Positions 7,545 through 14,989 of a DNA stretch of 24,443 nt are shown one piece after another (positions within the stretch are counted from its first letter, which is position 1; every line of letters begins with the position of its first letter). The notes under the pieces were generated by a model. The model had not been told where the DNA came from. It saw nothing but the letters and a program-made list of their open reading frames with translations, and made no database searches. A program made the translations under genes and the position numbers. This DNA is from a virus. Location: the UHGV virus genome UHGV-0098506, one strand, 5' to 3'.

Positions 7545-7629
7545 AGAATACTGTAGGTATTTTATTGTGTAAATACCCAAGGTATTTATTTTTGGTGAAA
7601 TAATGATAAGCAAATGAATACAAAGGATA
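7545..7629 (-). promoter_or_regulatory. OL/pL: three 13-bp operators (ATAC-N5-GTAT family) overlapping a leftward promoter (-35 TTTACA, 17-bp spacer, -10 TATTCT)
   Basis: Operator-like sites at 7548-7560, 7573-7585 and 7617-7629 share ATAC...GTAT half-sites with those in OR. Promoter hexamers on the minus strand at 7568-7573 and 7545-7550. Confidence 0.55.
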
Positions 7630-7718
7630 TTTATTTTTTTCGGTGTCTGCTTGTTCAGTGCTTTTTATGCGGGATATGTGAAGTGGATCCCGATAGCTAT
7701 TGCTGCCGGGATTATAGG

Positions 7719-8087
7719 TTAGTCAGCGAAGGTTAAGACGAGAATTACCTTAATGATGTCTGCTACAACAGACACGGCCATAGATAAACCAAAGACGATC
7801 CAAGCCACAGTGATGTCTTCACTACCATCGTATAGAGTTCCGTAATCACTGGTGTAAGGCGTAAATGTCGCGCCTTGATACAATAGGTATAAGCTTGATC
7901 CATAGAGGATAAATGCAGATATCCCTTGTATTGCTATGATCACAAGAATCATGAAACGAGCTGATCTATGCGCCCAAGCCTGGCTTATTTTTTCTGATAG
8001 AGATTTCGCAATAAAAGCATGCGCTAAGCCGTAAATTGTCGAGATTGCCAACATCCCAAAAAAGCTTGCTATAGCGGTTCCAACCAT
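7719..8087 (-). CDS. Small multi-pass membrane protein (~122 aa) behind cI on the same strand; function unknown (candidate exclusion/abortive-infection protein)
   Basis: Starts 17 nt after the cI stop with AAGGGG 6 nt before ATG at 8087; the ORF-track start at 8108 is a TTG overlapping the cI stop. Three to four hydrophobic segments (AIASFFGMLAISTIYGLAHAFI, FMILVIIAIQGISAFILYG, VAWIVFGLSMAVSVVADIIKVILVL). Confidence 0.6.
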   Translation of the reverse strand: MVGTAIASFFGMLAISTIYGLAHAFIAKSLSEKISQAWAHRSARFMILVIIAIQGISAFILYGSSLYLLYQGATFTPYTSDYGTLYDGSEDITVAWIVFGLSMAVSVVADIIKVILVLTFAD

Positions 8088-8104
8088 AAGCGCCCCTTGC
8101 GTGA

Positions 8105-8821
8105 TCAAACCAGCCTTAGTTTTGTCTCAATTGCAACGCCTATAATCTTGCAGTTTCCATTGATTGGCACGAGAGGCCATGCAGGATTAAGTCCCTTGAG
8201 GTATTTATTTCCGCCGTCGATTATCAGCTTCTTGAATGTTGCTTCGTTAGAGTCAGAAAGTTTTGCTATGACCAAGCTGCCGTTGATCGCCTCCCTTCCG
8301 GTATCGAAAAGAACGAATGTTCCCTCTGGAATGCTTAACCCAACCGGTGCCGTCATTGAATCACCTTCCACTTTAAGCCAAAACGCATTACCTTGAATAT
8401 GCGCGTCAGACTCAAGCCAAACATCTATGTCTTTAATGGTGTATGGTTCGCATGCTTCACACCACGAGCCAGCCTGGATACTGCTTAACACCGGATACCT
8501 CTTTCCTGCTCTGTATTCCCCTGCATACCTTACGTTGGCATCGCTCTTAAGGCTTTCTGCCTGTTCTGCAACCTTGGCAGCAATTGACTGGCTAAAATCA
8601 GCAATTGAGACTTGCAACAATCGTGCAAAACCAGATGCAACCTCAACGTTTAGCGCGTTTCTGCCATTAAGATAATGGCCTACCGCTCCTTGGGTGATAC
8701 CCAGTTCATCAGCGATTGAGTATTGGGTTATTCCCAATTCTTTCTTTTTTGACTCATACAAAGCCTTAAGCCGCTTAGCGTCTTCCAGCTGTTCTGTCGT
8801 CAGTGATTTTTTATTTTCCAT
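8105..8821 (-). CDS. cI: CI-type prophage repressor (N-terminal HTH, C-terminal S24 LexA-like autopeptidase domain)
   Basis: N-terminal HTH (ELGITQYSIADELGITQGAVGHYLNG). Candidate Ala-Gly cleavage site followed by S24 motifs (GDSM...GTFVLFD...KKL). Divergent from cro across an operator region. Confidence 0.9.
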   Translation of the reverse strand: MENKKSLTTEQLEDAKRLKALYESKKKELGITQYSIADELGITQGAVGHYLNGRNALNVEVASGFARLLQVSIADFSQSIAAKVAEQAESLKSDANVRYAGEYRAGKRYPVLSSIQAGSWCEACEPYTIKDIDVWLESDAHIQGNAFWLKVEGDSMTAPVGLSIPEGTFVLFDTGREAINGSLVIAKLSDSNEATFKKLIIDGGNKYLKGLNPAWPLVPINGNCKIIGVAIETKLRLV

Positions 8822-8833
8822 AGCTTAATTCTA

Positions 8834-8898
8834 ATAGCTAAGGTACTTAAACTAAAAATACCCTGAGTATTGATTGCTTTGAATACCTGTAGTATTCT
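8834..8898. promoter_or_regulatory. OR region: three operator-like 13-mers with pR (-35 TTGATT, 17 bp, -10 TATTCT) and a divergent pRM candidate (TAGAAT 7 nt upstream of the cI ATG)
   Basis: Sites ATAGCTAAGGTAC (8834-8846), ATACCCTGAGTAT (8858-8870) and ATACCTGTAGTAT (8883-8895). pR hexamers at 8870-8875 and 8893-8898. Confidence 0.55.
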
Positions 8899-8927
8899 TT
8901 GTTCATGGTTAATAACGGAGAGTGCTT

Positions 8928-9122
8928 ATGATTCGAATGACACTTGCCGATTACGCCAAAATCCATGGACAGGCTAAAGCAGCCAGTGACTTTGGTGTAA
9001 TCCAGTGCGCTATCAGCAAGGCCATTCTGGCAGGCCGTAACATCATGGTTACGGTAAAGCCTGATGGCAGTGTGATTGGAGAGGAAGTTCGTCCTTTCCC
9101 AAGCAACAAGAAAAACAAATAG
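8928..9122 (+). CDS. cro: Cro repressor
   Basis: [62 protein letters not shown] parallels lambda Cro along its whole length. GGAG 8 nt upstream of ATG at 8928; the ORF-track start at 8922 is a GTG. Confidence 0.85.
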   Translation: MIRMTLADYAKIHGQAKAASDFGVIQCAISKAILAGRNIMVTVKPDGSVIGEEVRPFPSNKKNK

Positions 9123-9128
9123 TAACAC

Positions 9129-9172
9129 CGCTCTTTAACAGTCATGGTCCTCATTCCCGCCGAAATGCGGGA
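9129..9172 (+). promoter_or_regulatory. nutR (boxA CGCTCTTTAACA plus boxB hairpin TCCCGCCGAAATGCGGGA)
   Basis: Consensus boxA 7 nt after the cro stop. boxB is identical to the nutL copy. A further hairpin GCGCAT-AAGTTG-ATGCGC follows at 9178-9195. Confidence 0.65.
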
Positions 9173-9230
9173 ATACAACGCGCATAAGTTGATGCGCATA
9201 ACTTATTATTTGTTAAGGAAATACTTACAT

Positions 9231-9509
9231 ATGGAACTTACAAGTACTCGCAAGAAAGCGAATGCAATTACAAGCAACATCCTGAATCGAATTGCTGTAC
9301 GTGGTCAGCGAAAGGTTGCTGATGCATTAGGGATCAATGAATCGCAAATTTCGCGATGGAAAGACAGCTTTATCCCAAAGATGGCCATGCTTCTGGCTGT
9401 TCTTGAATGGGGTGTTGAAGACGAGGAGTTGGCTGAACTGGCTAAGAAAGTAGCCAGAATGCTGACAAAAGAAAAAGCCCCGAAGAACGGCGAATTCTTC
9501 GAGGCCTGA
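9231..9509 (+). CDS. cII: CII transcriptional activator
   Basis: From the internal ATG: ...GINESQISRWKDSFIPKMAMLLAVLEWGV... matches the lambda CII core (SQISRWK...IPKFSMLLAVLEWGV). The ORF-track start at 9144 would run through nutR. Confidence 0.85.
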   Translation: MELTSTRKKANAITSNILNRIAVRGQRKVADALGINESQISRWKDSFIPKMAMLLAVLEWGVEDEELAELAKKVARMLTKEKAPKNGEFFEA

Positions 9510-9535
9510 TGTAGAAAGACTGGATCAATCCACAG
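9467..9535 (-). ncRNA. Candidate OOP-like antisense RNA; the terminator is clear, the 5' end is approximate
   Basis: Minus strand within the cII 3' end: 11-bp stem GCCUCGAAGAA / UUCUUCGGGGC with a 7-nt loop, followed by UUUUUCUUUU. A -10-like TCATAAT lies ~70 nt upstream on the same strand. This is the position of lambda oop. Confidence 0.4.
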
Positions 9536-9543
9536 GAGTAATT

Positions 9544-9705
9544 ATGACAAAACGTCGTAAGAAATACCAGGAAAAAGAAGAGATTCGACACCCTGATTCA
9601 CCTGAGGGATTAGTGGTAGCCGCAGCAAATAACAGGGCGTTCGCAGAGCGCCTTGTTGGTGTTTACAGACTAGCCAAAGCAGGAGTGAAACATGGGCGTC
9701 GTTAA
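9544..9705 (+). CDS. Small basic ORF (53 aa, MTKRRKKYQEKEEIRHPDSPEGL...) between cII and the initiator gene
   Basis: AGGAG 5 nt upstream of ATG. Overlaps the first alternative start of the O-like gene and the candidate oop promoter region. Confidence 0.3.
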   Translation: MTKRRKKYQEKEEIRHPDSPEGLVVAAANNRAFAERLVGVYRLAKAGVKHGRR

Positions 9706-10582
9706 GTTAGCTGATTACAGGCATAACCCTGTACAACATCAGGAGGCATCCAGTATGGGGTATGTCTCTATACACCGCCAGTTTATGGACAGCAGGCTCT
9801 ATAAGGACTCTCAGGCAGTACATCTTTGGCTTCACTTAATCCTCAAGGCTAATCACGAATCTACTGTCGTCAATACGGATATCGGTCCGATAACTGTTGA
9901 TCGCGGTCAGATGATAACTGGACGCCCGTCGCTGGTCAGAGAAACATTCATCCCAGACAACAAAGTTCGGAGCTTATTACGGACTTTTGAGTCGAAAGGG
10001 ATGCTTAATATTTGCTCGATGGGGAAGAAATTTAGCCTGTTTACAATCGTTAAATATGACGATTTTCAGGCAAAAAATTGTCCAACAGTTGTCCAGCAGT
10101 TGTCCAACGCAAACACCAGTAATGGCGCGCCTCTCAGCGAAGATTGTCCAACGGTTGTCCAACGGTTGTCCATAAACAATAATATAAATAATATCTCTAA
10201 TACTGACGTATTAGAGAGTACCGCAGCAGACAAAAAGTCTGACAAGAAAAAACCTTCCGTTAGCTGTCAGGATGTTGTCGATGCTTACCACGAAATCCTT
10301 CCTGAAGCGCCAAAAATCCGCGCACTGAATGACAAGCGTAAAAACCAGATCCGAACGTTCTGGCGCAAAGCCGGAGTGATAACCCGCCAGCTTGACGGGC
10401 ATGGGTTCACGATGCAGGACTGGAGAAATTATTTGAGCTACGTAGGCGAAAATTGCCGATGGATGTTCGAAGAGCGTCCAAACCATCAACGCGGAACCGT
10501 CTGGCACAAAAAGGGATTTGATTTCCTGCTTAACGATAATACCTACCTGAAAGTTCGTGAGGGTGAACACGATGACCGATAA
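9692..10582 (+). CDS. Replication initiator (lambda O / P22 gp18 functional analogue) carrying the origin iterons in its coding sequence
   Basis: Gene sits directly upstream of a DnaB-like helicase gene and contains two clusters of TTGTCCAAC iterons plus an AT-rich tract. Two plausible starts: ATG 9692 (AGGAG upstream) or ATG 9755 (AGGAGG upstream). Confidence 0.7.
   Translation: MGVVKLADYRHNPVQHQEASSMGYVSIHRQFMDSRLYKDSQAVHLWLHLILKANHESTVVNTDIGPITVDRGQMITGRPSLVRETFIPDNKVRSLLRTFESKGMLNICSMGKKFSLFTIVKYDDFQAKNCPTVVQQLSNANTSNGAPLSEDCPTVVQRLSINNNINNISNTDVLESTAADKKSDKKKPSVSCQDVVDAYHEILPEAPKIRALNDKRKNQIRTFWRKAGVITRQLDGHGFTMQDWRNYLSYVGENCRWMFEERPNHQRGTVWHKKGFDFLLNDNTYLKVREGEHDDR
10077..10200 (+). 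repeat. Replication origin: six ~9-bp iterons (TTGTCCAAC/TTGTCCAGC/TTGTCCATA) in two triplets at 11-bp phasing, followed by an AT-rich tract
   Basis: Iterons at 10078, 10089, 10100 and 10144, 10155, 10166. The two triplets are 44 bp apart (4 x 11). AT-rich AAACAATAATATAAATAATATCTCTAATA follows. Confidence 0.7.
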
Positions 10583-12008
10583 TTTTTATGCGCCGCCCCA
10601 TAGCATCGAGGCAGAGCAGGCGGTGATTGGTGGATTGCTTCTGGATGATGACAGCAGTGAGCGCGTCCGGAAAGTTCTGGCGATGCTGAAGCCTGATTCA
10701 TTTTACAGCCGACCACACAAAATCCTTTTCGAAGAAATAACCAGAATGCACCGGGAGCAAAAGCCAGTAGATGGGCTGACGCTTTTCGATGAACTGGAGC
10801 GTAAATCGTTAACTGTGTCTGTTGGCGGTTTTGCTTATATCGCTGAGATCGCAAAGAACACGCCAAGCGCAGCAAACATCGTTGCCTATGCAATGCAGGT
10901 TCGTGAAACCGCAATGGAACGCTACGCCATCAACCGCATGACTGAAGCGACGGAATTGCTCTATTCCCGCAACGGAATGACTGCAACGCAGAAGTACGAA
11001 GCTATTCAGTCGATTTTCACGCAACTGACAGACCATGCAAAAACCGGATCGCGTCGCGGCCTTCGTTCATTTGGTGAGGTCATGGAAGACTGGGTTAGCG
11101 ACCTTGAGAAGCGATTTGACCCATCAGGCGAACAACGGGGAATGAGCACAGGGATCCCATCGCTGGACAGGATGCTGTCACCGAAAGGTCTGGTGAAAGG
11201 CTCTCTATTTGTCATTGGCGCTCGCCCTAAGATGGGGAAAACGACGCTATACAGCCAGATGGCAATCAATTGCGCAGTGCATGAGAAAAAGCCCGCTTTG
11301 ATGTTCAGCCTTGAAATGCCAGGTGATCAGATACTGGAAAAACTGGTAGGGCAGAAGTCTGGTGTTAACCCGAATATTTTTTACCTTCCGGCGACAAATG
11401 ACGCTGATGACGGCTATCAGGGTGATTACGATGGTGACTTCAACAGGGCGATCGAAACAGCCAATCGCTTGAGTGAAATCGACCTGCTTTACATCGACGA
11501 CACGCCGGGATTATCTCTGGCTCAAATCGTCAGCGAAAGCCGTCGAATCAAGCGAGAAAAAGGATGTGTTGGCATGATTCTGGTCGATTACCTGACACTA
11601 ATGACCGCTGAGAAGGCCGATCGCAACGACCTTGCTTACGGCATGATCACCAAAGGACTGAAGAACCTTGCCAAAGAGCTTGATTGCGTTGTTGTGCTTC
11701 TGACGCAGCTTAACCGCGCACTGGAAAGCAGAACCAATAAACGCCCATTACCAAGTGACTCACGAGATACAGGGCAGATTGAACAGGATTGCGATTATTG
11801 GGTCGGGATCCATCGTGAAGGCGCTTTTGATGACAGTGTTCCACCTGGTGAAACTGAACTAATCCTTCGTCTCAATCGTCATGGCAATACCGGCACGGTG
11901 TATTGCATTCAGGCAAATGGCGCTATTTATGACACAGACCAACAGTCTGCTGAAATGCGCCGACGTGAACGCGAGGAACCGCAGTCCAAGAAGAAAGGAG
12001 GATTCTGA
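10572..12008 (+). CDS. DnaB-family replicative helicase (P22 gp12-type)
   Basis: N-terminal DnaB-N-like region (PHSIEAEQAVIGGLLLD), Walker A (GARPKMGKTT), Walker B (LVDYLTLM) and a C-terminal RecA-like fold. ATG at 10572 overlaps the upstream gene end. Confidence 0.9.
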   Translation: MTDNFYAPPHSIEAEQAVIGGLLLDDDSSERVRKVLAMLKPDSFYSRPHKILFEEITRMHREQKPVDGLTLFDELERKSLTVSVGGFAYIAEIAKNTPSAANIVAYAMQVRETAMERYAINRMTEATELLYSRNGMTATQKYEAIQSIFTQLTDHAKTGSRRGLRSFGEVMEDWVSDLEKRFDPSGEQRGMSTGIPSLDRMLSPKGLVKGSLFVIGARPKMGKTTLYSQMAINCAVHEKKPALMFSLEMPGDQILEKLVGQKSGVNPNIFYLPATNDADDGYQGDYDGDFNRAIETANRLSEIDLLYIDDTPGLSLAQIVSESRRIKREKGCVGMILVDYLTLMTAEKADRNDLAYGMITKGLKNLAKELDCVVVLLTQLNRALESRTNKRPLPSDSRDTGQIEQDCDYWVGIHREGAFDDSVPPGETELILRLNRHGNTGTVYCIQANGAIYDTDQQSAEMRRREREEPQSKKKGGF

Positions 12009-12035
12009 TGACCATCTACATCACTGAGCTAATAA

Positions 12036-12068
12036 CAGGCCTGCTGGTAATCGCAGGCCTTTTTATTT
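12036..12068 (+). terminator. Rho-independent terminator after the helicase gene (tR2-like), followed by a G9 homopolymer
   Basis: CAGGCCTGC-TGGTAATC-GCAGGCCT followed by TTTTATTT, then GGGGGGGGG at 12069-12077. Confidence 0.6.
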
Positions 12069-12083
12069 GGGGGGGGGTAAATC

Positions 12084-12290
12084 GTGGCTGAGTTAATTTT
12101 CTCTGCATTGAGGATTCTCGGTGCTATGTGGATGGTGGCGACGTTCATTGTTGTTGCCAGCAGTTTTGTCCGGTTGGTAGGCGAAGGTAAAGACCTGGTG
12201 GGTGTGCTTTTCGGTAGCATTCTCATGTGGGTGATTATCGGTGTTATGCCTGTCGCTGTAGCAAAAATGGCGTGGCGTTTTGTGAGTTGA
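12084..12290 (+). CDS. Small hydrophobic protein (68 aa, two predicted TM helices), GTG start
   Basis: GTG at 12084 lies 6 nt after the G9 tract, which could serve as a G-rich Shine-Dalgarno. Strongly hydrophobic (MWMVATFIVVASSFV...ILMWVIIGVMPVAVA). Confidence 0.35.
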   Translation: MAELIFSALRILGAMWMVATFIVVASSFVRLVGEGKDLVGVLFGSILMWVIIGVMPVAVAKMAWRFVS

Positions 12291-12307
12291 ACTGAGGGTA
12301 AGTATCG

Positions 12308-12628
12308 ATGGACGAATCAAGAAAGCAGTTTGAAGAAAGTTGGTTGCGACGTGGAGGCGAATCTTCAGACCTTATCCGTTACCCTGAAAATCACCATGAA
12401 ATTGGCAGTGGTGATATTGGTGGTCAATACGTGATGGACGATGTTCAAGGCCACTGGCAAACGTGGCAGGCATCGCGAGCAGCTATTGAAATAACCGCGC
12501 CAAAGTTTATCGACAGCAGAGAAGCATTAGCCAAAGGGTTTACTGTTGATTATTCCAATGGCTTCGGTGATGCAATGGATGCTTATGAGGAAAACATCCG
12601 CGCTGCTGGAATCAAAGTGAAGGAGTGA
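12308..12628 (+). CDS. Hypothetical nin-region protein (106 aa)
   Basis: GAGGGTAAG upstream of ATG. No family recognised. Confidence 0.5.
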   Translation: MDESRKQFEESWLRRGGESSDLIRYPENHHEIGSGDIGGQYVMDDVQGHWQTWQASRAAIEITAPKFIDSREALAKGFTVDYSNGFGDAMDAYEENIRAAGIKVKE

Positions 12629-12630
12629 GC

Positions 12631-12816
12631 ATGAGTCGACGAAGTAGCTTTTTGGGGTTTGTAATATTCCTGTCCTGCACTGGTTACATCGTAATCTGGT
12701 CAATTTCGAACATTGACCGTGGCGGGGAATATCTCATTGTAATGTTCTTTCCTTTGTTTCTTGGGTGGTACGCCGCAAGGTTGCTGGAAGAATGGGGTTA
12801 CAGGCATAAAAAATAA
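12631..12816 (+). CDS. Small membrane protein (61 aa)
   Basis: ATG at 12631 preceded by AAGGAG and abutting the upstream stop. Two hydrophobic segments. Confidence 0.45.
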   Translation: MSRRSSFLGFVIFLSCTGYIVIWSISNIDRGGEYLIVMFFPLFLGWYAARLLEEWGYRHKK

Positions 12817-12827
12817 AGGAGTGTTCA

Positions 12828-13238
12828 GTGAAGCAAACAATATTCCTCCGAACTAAGCAACAACAGCAAGCCGCAATCAACGCCATCCTCGCAACTCCTC
12901 TCGATAAAGACAAGCCAGTCACCATCCGCATTACTGACTACAAGCGAAATCTTGACCAGAACGCAAAATTTCACGCGATGGTCGCAGATATCGCCAGGCA
13001 AGTTCAGTGGCGCGATAAATGGTTAAAACCAGAACAATGGAAGGTTTTGTTGATCAGCGGTCATGCAGTGGCAACAAAGCAGGAAGCTGATGTTTTGCCC
13101 GGGCTTGAAGGCGAATACGTCAACATCCGCGAAAGCAGCGCGCAGATGAGTGTGAAGCGTATGGCAAGTCTGATTGAGTACACAACAGCGTGGGCTATTG
13201 GTCAGGGTGTCAGATTTACCGACAGGAGGTACGAATGA
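12828..13238 (+). CDS. ninB: NinB (Orf-family recombination mediator)
   Basis: GTG start with AAGGAG Shine-Dalgarno. Resembles lambda NinB ([22 protein letters not shown]... versus lambda RSLDQNRKLWACLGDVSRQVEW...) from memory. Confidence 0.8.
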   Translation: MKQTIFLRTKQQQQAAINAILATPLDKDKPVTIRITDYKRNLDQNAKFHAMVADIARQVQWRDKWLKPEQWKVLLISGHAVATKQEADVLPGLEGEYVNIRESSAQMSVKRMASLIEYTTAWAIGQGVRFTDRRYE

Positions 13239-13411
13239 GACGACAGCGACGAAGTTTCACCGACATCATCTGCGAAAACTGCAAATACCTTCCAACGAAA
13301 CGCTCCAGAAATAAACGCAAGCCAATCCCAAAAGAATCTGACGTAAAAACCTTCAATTACACAGCTCACCTGTGGGATATCCGGTGGCTAAGATATCGTG
13401 CGAGGAAATGA
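13235..13411 (+). CDS. ninE: NinE
   Basis: From the internal ATG (ATGA overlap with ninB stop, AGGAGG Shine-Dalgarno): [53 protein letters not shown], essentially lambda NinE as recalled. Confidence 0.8.
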   Translation: MRRQRRSFTDIICENCKYLPTKRSRNKRKPIPKESDVKTFNYTAHLWDIRWLRYRARK

Positions 13412-13815
13412 CAATGCTTTTAATTCAACCTGGATTTGGCCTTAGCATCAAAAAAGGGCACATGTTCGGCGAGAAAGAGTCTCAACGAAAAATGGTGTCT
13501 ATCCGGTTGCCATTTATCAGTATTTATTGGCTAAACAGGGAGGCAACAAATTATTGGTATACCTGCGCCAGAGCAGCATTTAACGACCCTGACTGGTTTG
13601 TTAAAAACCACCACGCAGTTCGTCAGGCAAAGAGAAAGGCCAACATGACATACATGAAGGCGTATCAAAAAGCATGGAAAGAACACCGCGATCGATACCA
13701 ACAAGACATGGAAAAGCTTGAATCAGAAAACATGGAATTAAGACGAAAGCTCGGTGAAGCAAAACGAGACATTGATGCTTACAAGCGACTTTTTAATGGT
13801 GAAAGCCATGCTTAG
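13408..13815 (+). CDS. Hypothetical nin-region protein (135 aa) with C-terminal coiled coil
   Basis: ATG at 13408 in an ATGA overlap with the ninE stop, GAGGAA upstream. No family recognised. Confidence 0.55.
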   Translation: MTMLLIQPGFGLSIKKGHMFGEKESQRKMVSIRLPFISIYWLNREATNYWYTCARAAFNDPDWFVKNHHAVRQAKRKANMTYMKAYQKAWKEHRDRYQQDMEKLESENMELRRKLGEAKRDIDAYKRLFNGESHA

Positions 13816-13984
13816 CCCATCCCAAACCCTTCAATACCAGAAAGAAAGCGTCGAGCGGGCTTTAACGTGCGCTAACTGCGGTCAGAAGCTGCATGTGCTG
13901 GAAGTTCACGTGTGTGAGCACTGCTGTGCAGAACTGATGAGCGATCCGAATAGCTCAATGTACGAGGAAGAAGACGATGAATGA
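13808..13984 (+). CDS. ninF: NinF
   Basis: From the internal ATG: [58 protein letters not shown], nearly identical to lambda NinF as recalled. Confidence 0.8.
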   Translation: MLSPSQTLQYQKESVERALTCANCGQKLHVLEVHVCEHCCAELMSDPNSSMYEEEDDE

Positions 13985-14699
13985 GTTAATAAATGGCAAT
14001 GCCATCAAAATGACAAGCATTGAAATCGCTGAGTTGGTTGGTAAGCGTCATGACAATGTGAAACGTACCATCGAAACGCTGGCTAAAAATGGTGTTATCC
14101 GGCTTCCTCAAATTGAGGATCGTGGAAGAATCAATGGGTTAGGCTTAAATCAAAGTTTTTGTGTGTATGTATTCGAAGGCGAACAAGGAAAGCGAGACAG
14201 TATTGTCGTTGTTGCCCAGTTGTCGCCGTAATTCACCGCTCGCCTTGTTGACCGCTGGCGAGAGCTTGAAGAAGCTGCGGTTAATATCCCAAAAACGCTA
14301 CCAGAAGCGTTGCGCCTTGCTGCTGACCTTGCTGAGCAGAAAATGCAACTGGAAAACCAGCTCGCAATTGCCGCACCTAAAGTTGAGTTTGCCGATCGCG
14401 TTGGCGAGGCCAGCGGAATTTTGATTGGAAACTTTGCAAAGGTTGTTGGAATTGGTCCAAACAAACTGTTTGCGTGGATGCGCGATCACAAAATCCTTAT
14501 TGCTTCAGGTTCCCGGCGCAATGTGCCAATGCAGGAATATATGGATCGCGGCTATTTCACAGTGAAAGAAACAGCGTTCAACACAAATCACGGAATACAG
14601 ATATCGTTCACCACAAAAATCACCGGGCGTGGTCAACAGTGGCTGACCAGAAGGCTGCTCTATAGCGGAATGCTGAAAGTAACAGGGGAGGCTGCTTAA
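13977..14699 (+). pseudogene. Antirepressor/Roi-like gene (N-terminal Rha/ORF6N-like DNA-binding domain plus C-terminal KilA-C/ANT domain) interrupted by an in-frame TAA at 14229-14231
   Basis: ORF 13977-14231 and the region 14232-14699 are in the same frame, separated only by TAA. Read-through translation gives ...VVVAQLSP*FTARLVDRWRELEEAAVNIPKTLPEALRLAADLAEQKMQLENQL..., continuous with a KilA-C-type C-terminal domain. Confidence 0.55.
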
Positions 14700-14989
14700 T
14701 GGCTAAACTACGCAAAGAAGCGCGCGGCAGAGAATGCCAGGTACGTATTTACGGCGTATGCAATGGCAACCCTGAAACTACAGTTCTGGCACATTACCGG
14801 ATGGCTGGAATTTGCGGAACGGGAATGAAGCCTGACGACCTGATCGGCGCATGGGCTTGTAGCGCGTGTCACGATGAAATCGACCGACGTACCCATAACC
14901 TCGACAACAAAGACGCCAGACTTTACCACCTCGAAGGCGTGATCAGGACGCAGGCGATACTGCTGAAGGAGGGGAAGATTAAGTCATGA
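14699..14989 (+). CDS. YbcO-like DUF1364 protein (putative nuclease, Cys-rich)
   Basis: MAKLRKEARGRECQVRIYGVCNGNPETTVLAHYR...ACSACHDEIDRRTH closely resembles E. coli DLP12 YbcO as recalled. Sits immediately upstream of rusA. Confidence 0.75.
   Translation: MAKLRKEARGRECQVRIYGVCNGNPETTVLAHYRMAGICGTGMKPDDLIGAWACSACHDEIDRRTHNLDNKDARLYHLEGVIRTQAILLKEGKIKS

Noticed and set aside
10077-10175. Possible CRISPR-like repeat array
   Set aside because: Repeats are 9 bp at 11-bp spacing with no spacers, inside a replication initiator gene; this is an iteron origin, not CRISPR.
10543-11269. Minus-strand ORFs 10543-10914, 10809-11036 and 11006-11269
   Set aside because: Antisense within the DnaB-like helicase gene, which has clear Walker motifs.
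12008-12091. 27-aa hydrophobic mini-ORF starting at the helicase stop
   Set aside because: Its coding sequence is the terminator hairpin plus T-tract and G-tract; composition is explained by the terminator, not by coding.
14161-14424. 87-aa ORF in an alternative frame across the antirepressor interruption
   Set aside because: The interruption is an in-frame stop, not a frameshift; this ORF is in a different frame and has no domain-like sequence.
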